Source: a virus (Duplodnaviria; Caudoviricetes). Taken from it: a stretch of DNA of 27,093 nt. The stretch is taken from positions 1 to 27,093 of the IMG/VR virus record IMGVR_UViG_3300027806_000816; one strand, given 5' to 3'. The notes beneath the pieces are model-generated. The model worked only from the letters and a program-made list of their open reading frames with translations. It searched no databases and was not told the DNA's origin. Position 1 is the stretch's first letter. Each line of letters opens with the position of its first letter. The translations under genes were made by a program, and so were the position numbers. This document shows positions 18,090 through 25,414 of this stretch, piece by piece.

Positions 18090-18965
18090 TTAATACTGAT
18101 CGTTATAGTCCTCGTCATCTTCGTAAGGATCATAATCATCGTCATCATCTTCATCATCAAACTGATCCCAATAAGATTCATCTACATCATAATCTTCGTC
18201 ATCATATTCCTCTTCATGTTCATCATAACTAAAATTAGATGAATAAAGAGGCTTGAGTAGTTCGCCTTGATACTCTCCGACCACTTCATATCGGCAAGTG
18301 CGAAGTTTCTCACAGTTGCAATCACTTGGTACACTAACAACATCACGCGGATTAATCTTTACGATAACAATACGATCACCACTTTCAACACTACCATAGC
18401 CAGCAACATAATTCAATGCACCAGCATGAAGTCCATCAGAACAACCTCTTGCACGATCATCGTCAACCTTTGCTCTCTGCATCTTAACTACCTGACCAAC
18501 ACTGTTATCAAATACGCCACGATACTTATCCTTAAAGTCCCCCCTTACTGCTTTATAGGCCAAGAAATGACCATCCTCAGTAACAGGTAGATGTTCATGC
18601 TCAAGAAAATCATAGAGTTCTTTTTGACTCTGCATACTAGGATTTTCCATAAGATTATTTAGAAAATTAACAAGAGGCTGAAATGGCAGACCCTTGCTCA
18701 TAAACTCTAGAATACGCTTACTAATGCTACCATGAACAACTTCACCTTCATAAGTAACTTGACCATCCTTGATCTCAACTAGACCATCACTAAATGTAGC
18801 CACTGCCTTCTGAATATCTACAACCTTCAACAGTTCTTCCTCTGTAGCAGTAGGTAGGATATCGATAATCATCTTATAATTGAGATGATCTGGTAGAACC
18901 TGATAACTCTTATTATTAAGTACCAGCGTAAGATTACCATCAACAAACATAAACGGAACGCTCAT
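18090..18965 (-). CDS. rIIB: RIIB-like protein with acidic tail
   Basis: LVNFLNNLMENPS, ELYDFL, TEDGHFLAYKAV, VDDDR..GCSDGLHAG, VKINPRDVVSVPSD, KLRTCRYEV. Confidence 0.93.
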   Translation of the reverse strand: MSVPFMFVDGNLTLVLNNKSYQVLPDHLNYKMIIDILPTATEEELLKVVDIQKAVATFSDGLVEIKDGQVTYEGEVVHGSISKRILEFMSKGLPFQPLVNFLNNLMENPSMQSQKELYDFLEHEHLPVTEDGHFLAYKAVRGDFKDKYRGVFDNSVGQVVKMQRAKVDDDRARGCSDGLHAGALNYVAGYGSVESGDRIVIVKINPRDVVSVPSDCNCEKLRTCRYEVVGEYQGELLKPLYSSNFSYDEHEEEYDDEDYDVDESYWDQFDDEDDDDDYDPYEDDEDYNDQY

Positions 18966-19000
18966 AATTAAACTCCTTAGTGTGTTTAGTACCTGTGAAA

Positions 19001-21673
19001 TTACTTAATCAAACTGCTCAACTGAATTCTGAACAAATCAACATTGTTATCATTCATCTGACTTAGCCAATCGTTATTATTAGAATAATAACTACGAGTA
19101 GCACTGTTCAAATTAGAGATTGGATTTTTATTATTCAGTTCTCTAAGTTGACCAGTTACCCTATGAGTTCCCATAATATACTTGATCATCGGGTTGTTGT
19201 CAACCTCAACCTTAATCATTTTTCTCAAATCTGACAACCTATCTAGACTGTGCTTGATCTTGTTGGTATCAGACTTAAATTGATTAATATAAGGTTCTGA
19301 AGTAGTATATAATACATTAAGCATACCGATTAGACTATTATATTCAATATTAGTGGAACGAATAGTCTTACTGTTAATAGTAGAGATGCCAATATTATTA
19401 AGCAGATCATTGATGTGCTTAAAATAGTCCTCGCTCTTGAATATATTAATATCATACTTATTCATATGAACAGTATTGCTAAAGTAGTCCATAATAATAT
19501 ACGAATCAATAGCCTTGACCATATTGGTATTCTTGATGAACTTCTTATATTCAAGACCAAAGATATTTAACATATGATAGGCGAATTGGTGAACAATATC
19601 ACCTTCACTATACCAATTATATGAAACATTTTTATCTTTATCGTTAAATTCTTTACGACAAAATTCTACAACAGTATTGTAACCAGCAATATCTTCAAAA
19701 CGATCTTTGACAACATTCTTGAGTTTATTTTTCAAAAAATCATTGAACAGAATTAGATTCTTTTCATCTTTTAGAATCTTGACAGTACTAGATTTAATAG
19801 CATATATCTTAGTGTCGCCAATCATATCTTTAATTAGATTTGATAGAAATTCATTTGCGAATAGACTATTGATAGATTCAAGATTCGGTAGTTCCTCATT
19901 AGCAAAAGTGCTATCACTTTGATAACGGAGAATAGGAACATATACGATATCATCCTCATCATCAAAAGAATCTAGTTCGTCTTGTGTTAGTGTCTTTAGG
20001 TATCTAGCATCATTGTATGGGTTGCTAATCGCCCCACTATCTTTAGATGCCCCATGAATAAAAAATACGTCTTGATCACTAACTCTGCCATTACTAGAAC
20101 GAGAAGTAATGTTTCGTGGACTATTACTCTTGATCAAGTCCTTAAATTCTGAAATCTTAACGATATTTTCGGCACCAACATCAGCAATTAGATCCTCAAA
20201 ACCTTTATTTGAATCATTGATATTCTTGCTATCAATCATTAGATAAGCAAAACAATCATTATCATTACAATAGCGAATAGCAATCTTCTTTGCAGTTTCT
20301 TCGCTCTTTACGTCGCAAACAAAAAATGTGAGTTTACCTGTTTTACGAGAACCATAATAATATTCTCCTTTACCAGAAAGAGTATTGATATGGATACTAT
20401 TAGTCAGATAAACCATTCGTCTTGAACGATACCCAGCGGTTCTATAATTAATAGCATACAAATTTTTGTTAGCAGCAAATTTATATTCTAGATCATGCCC
20501 GGTATTAATATCATGTGACTTACCCTTGGCGTCTGTCCATGTAGCACCAACACCCCAACCACCAGCAAGATCATTCATAGCATAATAAGTCTGAATTGCC
20601 TCGACCTTGGTTTTAGCACCAGCAATTTTCTTACTGAATTCTTCCTTCATTTCCATGTAGATATCTTGAGTCTTACTACGAAGTGCCTTAATAACATCCT
20701 TCGTATACTGTAGACCCTCACGACTTACATCCATTTCAAGTTCACCAATATCAAAATCAAGTTCTAGATAAAGATTCTGGTTAAGAATTTCTGACACGAA
20801 GTTCTTCCAGTTATCAATGTCTGCCTTGCCAAATGCCCTATTCCATTTTTGGATATGGTCTGATTGTTCAGCCTTTTGCTCGCCAATCAATTGAGATACT
20901 ACAACAGGATATGCAATATTCCCCATCAATGCAATAACACCACTATCAATATGATGATGAACATTTGGAAACTTATTTGTATCATTACTCAAACGACATA
21001 CTCTCCAACCATCACCACTAATAACAATATTCTTATTGCTATAAGCATGATCCTTGAGAGATGGATTAACTCCACCCTCAATAATTGGCTTCATCTTAAA
21101 ATAGTGGAAAATACGAATAGCCTTGCTACTAAACTCATTAAAATCATATTGCTTTACAGCAAAACTAATTTCAAGACCATTAGCCTCATTTGTGTCAGAA
21201 ATATTGAACAGATTTAGTGCTGGAACACCGTTATCATCAATAGATGCAACATAAGTATACTTTTTGCCATTAAAATAAGAAGCAGTTGTAAAACTCTTGG
21301 TATAAGCAAAAGGACTCTTAGAACCTAGACCAAGACAACCAACAAAATCATTGCTATCATTCTTATTAGAAGCACCATATGTTGTATAAAGGTTCTCCAT
21401 ATCGGCTTGACTAAGACCAGTACCATAATCACGCACGCTAAAATTAGGATTAGCAGCAGTAGGCAGAGTAACCTTAAAAGGGTTCTTATTTCCCGCACTA
21501 ATATGACTGTCATAAGCATTAGTAGACAGTTCACGAATAACCGCCATCACTTTATCTGAATACAGTGAATCAGACAAAATCTTAAACATTTTACTGGTTT
21601 GTGCAATTGTAAAACCCGATGCACTACGAACACCAGAACTATGAGTATCAATAACTCTATCTGCCAACTTCAT
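19001..21673 (-). CDS. rIIA: RIIA-like protein (N-terminal GHKL/Hsp90-like ATPase)
   Basis: ILSDSLYSDK..AVIRELSTNAYDSH, VRDYGTGLS, YGASNK, GCLGLGSKSPFAYT, SREGLQY; adjacent to rIIB. Confidence 0.93.
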   Translation of the reverse strand: MKLADRVIDTHSSGVRSASGFTIAQTSKMFKILSDSLYSDKVMAVIRELSTNAYDSHISAGNKNPFKVTLPTAANPNFSVRDYGTGLSQADMENLYTTYGASNKNDSNDFVGCLGLGSKSPFAYTKSFTTASYFNGKKYTYVASIDDNGVPALNLFNISDTNEANGLEISFAVKQYDFNEFSSKAIRIFHYFKMKPIIEGGVNPSLKDHAYSNKNIVISGDGWRVCRLSNDTNKFPNVHHHIDSGVIALMGNIAYPVVVSQLIGEQKAEQSDHIQKWNRAFGKADIDNWKNFVSEILNQNLYLELDFDIGELEMDVSREGLQYTKDVIKALRSKTQDIYMEMKEEFSKKIAGAKTKVEAIQTYYAMNDLAGGWGVGATWTDAKGKSHDINTGHDLEYKFAANKNLYAINYRTAGYRSRRMVYLTNSIHINTLSGKGEYYYGSRKTGKLTFFVCDVKSEETAKKIAIRYCNDNDCFAYLMIDSKNINDSNKGFEDLIADVGAENIVKISEFKDLIKSNSPRNITSRSSNGRVSDQDVFFIHGASKDSGAISNPYNDARYLKTLTQDELDSFDDEDDIVYVPILRYQSDSTFANEELPNLESINSLFANEFLSNLIKDMIGDTKIYAIKSSTVKILKDEKNLILFNDFLKNKLKNVVKDRFEDIAGYNTVVEFCRKEFNDKDKNVSYNWYSEGDIVHQFAYHMLNIFGLEYKKFIKNTNMVKAIDSYIIMDYFSNTVHMNKYDINIFKSEDYFKHINDLLNNIGISTINSKTIRSTNIEYNSLIGMLNVLYTTSEPYINQFKSDTNKIKHSLDRLSDLRKMIKVEVDNNPMIKYIMGTHRVTGQLRELNNKNPISNLNSATRSYYSNNNDWLSQMNDNNVDLFRIQLSSLIK

Positions 21674-21719
21674 CTTAATATCTCCAATGTTTCCTGTGAA
21701 TCAACCCTGTGATGCTACG

Positions 21720-21748
21720 AGTATACCATCGGCAAACCCGCTTGTCAA
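21720..21748 (-). promoter_or_regulatory. sigma70 promoter of rIIAB, TTGACA-N17-TATACT
   Basis: Near-consensus boxes with upstream A-tract. Confidence 0.85.
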
Positions 21749-21990
21749 CCTTGATTCTTTTTTTGTTTTGTTCGCTGAATACTTATATATCCAAAGTAGA
21801 TTGGTATTAATCCTATATACCATATTGGAATACCTATCGAACAGAACCAAATACCCTGAATTATAGATAGGATAGATAATAGATAAATAATAAAAGATGG
21901 AAAATTTAATCTAGATAATAAATATGCTAGTGGTCCAATAAGTAGCGTTACTAATATTATTAATGAAACTATGAACGCTAAACTAGCCAC
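21745..21990 (-). CDS. Small multi-TM membrane protein
   Basis: Two to three hydrophobic segments, basic C-terminus, GTG start overlapping the upstream TAG. Confidence 0.75.
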   Translation of the reverse strand: MASLAFIVSLIILVTLLIGPLAYLLSRLNFPSFIIYLLSILSIIQGIWFCSIGIPIWYIGLIPIYFGYISIQRTKQKKNQG

Positions 21991-22322
21991 TAACTTTCAT
22001 CCTCACGACTACTCCATTCATCATCTTGATAATCATCGTCATTATTTTCGTAATTAAAATTACGCTCATCATAAGGAGTCCAATCTTCTTCATCGTCTAA
22101 CTCTTCTTCATTTTCGTCCACTTCTTCGATAAAAACAGTTATATTATTCAGCATTTCAAATACTTTTTCTAGAGTCTCGTCAATTCTAGATAGTTTATAT
22201 TCTATAGTCTTGATTTGCTTACTAAGATCAGATATCTCTTTAGACAAACCCTTATCAAGATTATGTAGTTCTTTATTACTTTTCATTACTTCTTTCATTA
22301 TACTATCAATGTCTCTTGACAT
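21990..22322 (-). CDS. Coiled-coil protein with acidic tail
   Basis: Heptad pattern followed by a D/E-rich tail; SD AGGAG. Confidence 0.8.
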   Translation of the reverse strand: MSRDIDSIMKEVMKSNKELHNLDKGLSKEISDLSKQIKTIEYKLSRIDETLEKVFEMLNNITVFIEEVDENEEELDDEEDWTPYDERNFNYENNDDDYQDDEWSSREDES

Positions 22323-22331
22323 GGTTTTCTC

Positions 22332-22643
22332 CTAGTTAAGTTTTTTATACTCTTTTATATCTCCATTTTCCAATATCTTATTATTTTCATAATTTTCGGC
22401 CACTCTTCTATAAAATTCTTGCTTTATATTTTCTAATACACCAGTTATCATAGCAATTTTATTATAAGATGGTTCTTTCATAAGACCTGCTAAAACCCTG
22501 CTAAAACAGTAATTTATTCGTCCCAAATAATTCTGAAAATCATGGGGATTATTTAATGATGTTTTATTATTATAGATACAATCTATCATTGAATCAATAC
22601 AAATATCCAGGTCTGGTCTTTCTTCTTCTTTAATATATGGCAT
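22332..22643 (-). CDS. Conserved phage protein (DUF6899-like); start MPYIK at 22643
   Basis: MPYIK..R, GRINYC, GVLENIKQEFYRR..ENYEN.K..ENGDI; SD GAGG. Confidence 0.82.
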   Translation of the reverse strand: MPYIKEEERPDLDICIDSMIDCIYNNKTSLNNPHDFQNYLGRINYCFSRVLAGLMKEPSYNKIAMITGVLENIKQEFYRRVAENYENNKILENGDIKEYKKLN

Positions 22644-23154
22644 AATAATCCTCACATAAGCAGTTATATTTATTACATTCATTACAAAATGGGCCAGGAG
22701 TCCCCATACCCCAGGCATCACTTAAACTATCAAAACTTTCTTTTCCAGTATCTATGCAAACATATTTTTTATTAATTATACCAATATTATATTCGTGACA
22801 ATCCCAAAAAGATAGTCGGGTCTTTTTACGAATATCATCAACTAGTTTTTGTATCTTTTGACGAGATAATTTTTTTCTAATTTTAACAATTTGAGTCAAA
22901 AATCCCCAGCCAGTATATTCAAGCCACCTATCTCCATAGAAAGATCTATTCTCTATTTGTATTTGACAAATTTTACCATAAACTTTTGGTGCTAAACCAA
23001 GTTTTGCTAATTTTAGTTGTGTTTTATATGCAAAAGTGGCATCTTTTTTTGAAAAAAACTCTTTGAACCCTATTGTTTTAGATTCTTTTAAAGTATAAAA
23101 TCCTGCTGAACCACCCTCGTCTGTGAGGAATTTTGCAGTAAATTTAGTCCTCAT
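22630..23154 (-). CDS. Minimal protein-kinase-fold protein with Cys-rich tail
   Basis: EGGSAGFY (G-loop), GFKEF (Lys), GLAPKVYG, DCHEYNIG (catalytic loop), CIDTG (DFG-like). Confidence 0.78.
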   Translation of the reverse strand: MRTKFTAKFLTDEGGSAGFYTLKESKTIGFKEFFSKKDATFAYKTQLKLAKLGLAPKVYGKICQIQIENRSFYGDRWLEYTGWGFLTQIVKIRKKLSRQKIQKLVDDIRKKTRLSFWDCHEYNIGIINKKYVCIDTGKESFDSLSDAWGMGTPGPFCNECNKYNCLCEDYYAIY

Positions 23155-23497
23155 GGTTTTCTTTTTTATAAATAGGCACTTCTGTTTCGGTTATTTTATT
23201 CCCAGTCAGATGTTCTACTAAAGATATCGCCTGATGTAAATACTCAAAAGATGCGATAAACTTAGAGGATTCCTTAAAATCAATTTTTAATGATCCATAA
23301 ACTAGGTAGTACGGCTCTCCAATCCTCTCATCATTAAAATAATAATCTTCTATATTAGAGACTCTTTCTATAAAAGAACCTCCATTATAATCATTTAAAT
23401 CATGTACGGTTTCTATAATATAGTGCCTAAAGTGCGATCTAATATTTCCATCATTAGAACAAAAACCATAAAAGAATCTATTTGCGTTAGTTGTCAT
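23144..23497 (-). CDS. Hypothetical protein
   Basis: Overlaps both neighbours. Confidence 0.75.
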   Translation of the reverse strand: MTTNANRFFYGFCSNDGNIRSHFRHYIIETVHDLNDYNGGSFIERVSNIEDYYFNDERIGEPYYLVYGSLKIDFKESSKFIASFEYLHQAISLVEHLTGNKITETEVPIYKKENHED

Positions 23498-23759
23498 TTT
23501 TCCACAACTTGTATGAATTTTTATCGTAATAAATAGGCATAACCGTATTTGGATCTACATGAGGATTATGATATAATCTTAGATCATATGGATCACCATT
23601 TTGGTTGATTCTGGCCCAGCCTAAAATCTCAAAACGATCTGTTTTAGATCGTAGTTTTATTAGTTCGTCTTTCGCATTAAGAATATCAAAAGTTGATGGA
23701 ATTAAACCTTGTTCACAACAATTGAGGATGTAGTCAAGAGGATTAGCGTCTTTATTCAT
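23487..23759 (-). CDS. Hypothetical protein
   Basis: ATGA coupling to the upstream gene. Confidence 0.75.
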   Translation of the reverse strand: MNKDANPLDYILNCCEQGLIPSTFDILNAKDELIKLRSKTDRFEILGWARINQNGDPYDLRLYHNPHVDPNTVMPIYYDKNSYKLWKNDN

Positions 23760-23974
23760 GCAAAACCTATCCTAGTTTTTTCATCGGTTGTCATAACTAG
23801 TTGAGATGGGACAAAAGTATCTCTTGTATAAGATCGTCCACTCCACCATCCAACCTGATATGTTATAGAATTATTATGAGATATATTTATGCCAATAATA
23901 GTACCAACAACATCATCTTCTAGTTTAACCTTAGTTCCTATAGCATTTAGTTCGATTGTTTCTGGCTTTTTCAT
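23756..23974 (-). CDS. Small beta-rich (SH3-like) hypothetical protein ending RIGFA
   Basis: IGTKVKL..VGTIIGI..YQVGWW; SD AAGGA. Confidence 0.78.
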   Translation of the reverse strand: MKKPETIELNAIGTKVKLEDDVVGTIIGINISHNNSITYQVGWWSGRSYTRDTFVPSQLVMTTDEKTRIGFA

Positions 23975-24025
23975 AATATTTCCTTTGATTTCAAATGTAA
24001 CTGATAATTACCGTGGAAAAATAAG

Positions 24026-24098
24026 TAGGAGCGGTGAGAATCGAACTCACACTTGAAGGATTTTAAGTCCTTTGTCTCTGCCGTTGGACTACGCTCCC
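24026..24098 (-). tRNA. trnL: tRNA-Leu(UAA), 73 nt, short variable loop, CCA not encoded
   Basis: GGGAGCG/CGCTCCT acceptor, D-loop CAACGGCAG, AAGGA-CTTAAAA-TCCTT anticodon arm, GTGAG-TTCGATT-CTCAC T-arm, discriminator A. Confidence 0.93.
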
Positions 24099-24099
24099 G

Positions 24100-24191
24100 T
24101 ATAAGACAACCAACTACAATAGTCTATTTAACTGAGGTTGATTATGCGTTTGTGGCCTAGTCATTTAAACTAATGTAGTCAGTTGCTTATA
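24100..24191 (-). ncRNA. 92-nt imperfect hairpin RNA with an anti-RBS loop
   Basis: Helices TATAAG/CTTATA, CAACTGACTACA/TGTAGTTGGTTG, TAGTTTA/TAGACTA, TGACT/AGTTA, AGG/CCT; 4 G:U pairs fix the strand; 18-nt loop. Confidence 0.8.
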
Positions 24192-24208
24192 GTTTTAAAT
24201 CATGGCTT

Positions 24209-24490
24209 TCAGCCGTTAGCATGAGCCTTCAAACGACGCACAAACTCTGCCATAGCCTCACTATTATCAACAGTCTTTGTTGGCTTGGCACGTTCCATAC
24301 TTGGAAGTTCCTCACCCTTCTTAGCAAGAGCGGCCTTTGTACGAGCATAACGAGCCATTGTGGTGGCTACCTTTTGGCCCGTCTTAGCAGCAACTTCCGC
24401 ATAAGTCTTAGACGAAAAAACTGCCTCTAGAAACTGTTCATCAGAACAACGAACACGCTTTTGCTTTTCAGCAACATTAACATCAGTCAT
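24209..24490 (-). CDS. 93-aa putative HTH DNA-binding protein (start ATG 24490)
   Basis: SD GGAGG-N6-ATG; SDEQFLEAVFSSKTYAEVAAKTGQKVATT is HTH-like; GC-richer codons than its neighbours. Confidence 0.8.
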   Translation of the reverse strand: MTDVNVAEKQKRVRCSDEQFLEAVFSSKTYAEVAAKTGQKVATTMARYARTKAALAKKGEELPSMERAKPTKTVDNSEAMAEFVRRLKAHANG

Positions 24491-24516
24491 AATCAACCTC
24501 CAAAATCATTCCAATT

Positions 24517-24561
24517 TACAACTCAGTCCCAATCACGCGACTGGCTCAATCCTGTGTTGTA
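24517..24561 (-). promoter_or_regulatory. Structured 5' leader of the HTH gene
   Basis: TACAAC/GTTGTA, CAG/CTG and CCAGTC-GCGT-GATTGG helices starting at the predicted TSS. Confidence 0.6.
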
Positions 24562-24566
24562 TCCTA

Positions 24567-24594
24567 ATTGTACTCTGTTGTATCGTCTTGTCAA
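24567..24594 (-). promoter_or_regulatory. sigma70 promoter TTGACA-N16-TACAAT
   Basis: Near-consensus; 15 bp identical to the promoter at 26159-26173. Confidence 0.8.
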
Positions 24595-24613
24595 CACCCC
24601 AAACTTGAATTTT

Positions 24614-24781
24614 TTATGCTGCTACTAGATCGTTTTTTTGTTCTAGATATTCAACAATCTTTTTTAAACTTTTATTTTCTGTCTCTAAAACCTTGATAAT
24701 ATCTTGTGCTTGCTCTAGTGCTTTATGTAGATGGTAGACTTTGTTGCTCAGTTCATCTGCCACATAATTTTTCATTATCAT
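24614..24781 (-). CDS. 55-aa coiled-coil protein ending DLVAA
   Basis: Not in the track; SD GGAGG; MIMKNYVADELSNKVYHLHKALEQAQDIIKVLETENKSLKKIVEYLEQKNDLVAA. Confidence 0.82.
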   Translation of the reverse strand: MIMKNYVADELSNKVYHLHKALEQAQDIIKVLETENKSLKKIVEYLEQKNDLVAA

Positions 24782-24807
24782 TTTAGCCTCCATTAGTTTT
24801 TGAGACT

Positions 24808-24821
24808 ATATTAGATACACT
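24808..24821 (-). promoter_or_regulatory. Putative phage-sigma promoter motif AGTGTATCTAATAT
   Basis: Overlaps a gene end just upstream of the 55-aa gene; matches RGTGTA-N0-2-TAATAT. Confidence 0.4.
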
Positions 24822-25110
24822 TATTAAGGAACTCTTTAAGATTTTGTATCTGATTTTTTTCTAAAACTATTTGGTCACTATATGATCTATTATGGCGAAT
24901 AACTTGCCAGATATATCGTAACTTTTGACGCCAACTCATTTTATTTCTAAAAGAAACACTATGCTCATAAATAGCCAAATCCATTAGGCCAATTTCTTTA
25001 TCATATTCTAAAACCAAAACTTCACTTTTGCAACCACAAAGTTCAAAATGAATATTATTTTTTAGATCGTTTTGTTTTGGATTTTTCCCGAATCCCAAAA
25101 ATCCTTTCAT
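24811..25110 (-). CDS. Hypothetical phage protein
   Basis: CGCKSEVL, SWRQKLRYIW; SD GGAG. Confidence 0.75.
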   Translation of the reverse strand: MKGFLGFGKNPKQNDLKNNIHFELCGCKSEVLVLEYDKEIGLMDLAIYEHSVSFRNKMSWRQKLRYIWQVIRHNRSYSDQIVLEKNQIQNLKEFLNKCI

Positions 25111-25183
25111 AGTTTTTCTCCCATGTTTTATAGTCTACGTTTTTTGGTCTACGTTTAGACCCTTTACCATTTTCGCTCATCAT
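25055..25183 (-). CDS. 42-aa basic phage peptide (GKGSKRRP...YERIF type)
   Basis: Not in the track: MMSENGKGSKRRPKNVDYKTWEKNYERIFGIREKSKTKRSKK; SD GAGG; overlaps the next gene by 56 nt. Confidence 0.75.
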   Translation of the reverse strand: MMSENGKGSKRRPKNVDYKTWEKNYERIFGIREKSKTKRSKK

Positions 25184-25227
25184 TATTCCTCAAGAATAAA
25201 ACTCTAGTATCGATTATACTCTTTCTT
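25183..25227 (-). pseudogene. Relic 3' end of the glycosylase gene
   Basis: Reads K-K-E-Y-N-R-Y-*-S-F-I-L-E-E-* versus the intact end NKSDSRYWSYVFEE*. Confidence 0.65.
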
Positions 25228-25384
25228 AGTTGTTTATAAAAAATGTGTTACCAACAATAAATCCTAGTATAAACCCCATCGACAATATTACTAAAAACGG
25301 GTCGCGTGACCAAAAACAAGAACCCATAAAAATAGCAGTAGCTATATATAATATTATCAGTTTGTGTTTTTCTTGTTTAGTCAT
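25226..25384 (-). CDS. 52-aa two-TM membrane protein
   Basis: Not in the track: MTKQEKHKLIILYIATAIFMGSCFWSRDPFLVILSMGFILGFIVGNTFFINN. Confidence 0.72.
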   Translation of the reverse strand: MTKQEKHKLIILYIATAIFMGSCFWSRDPFLVILSMGFILGFIVGNTFFINN

Positions 25385-25414
25385 GCCAATCCCTTTGACT
25401 CATTTAAAAATACT

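Noticed and set aside
17916-18220. tcatca-rich repeats and a shared DYNDQY peptide in the rIIB tail and the next gene
   Set aside because: Explained by Asp/Tyr low-complexity coding
24144-24173. + strand mini-ORF MRLWPSHLN with a good RBS inside the hairpin
   Set aside because: A necessary by-product of the anti-RBS sequence; G:U pairs place the structure on the minus strand and no + promoter is evident
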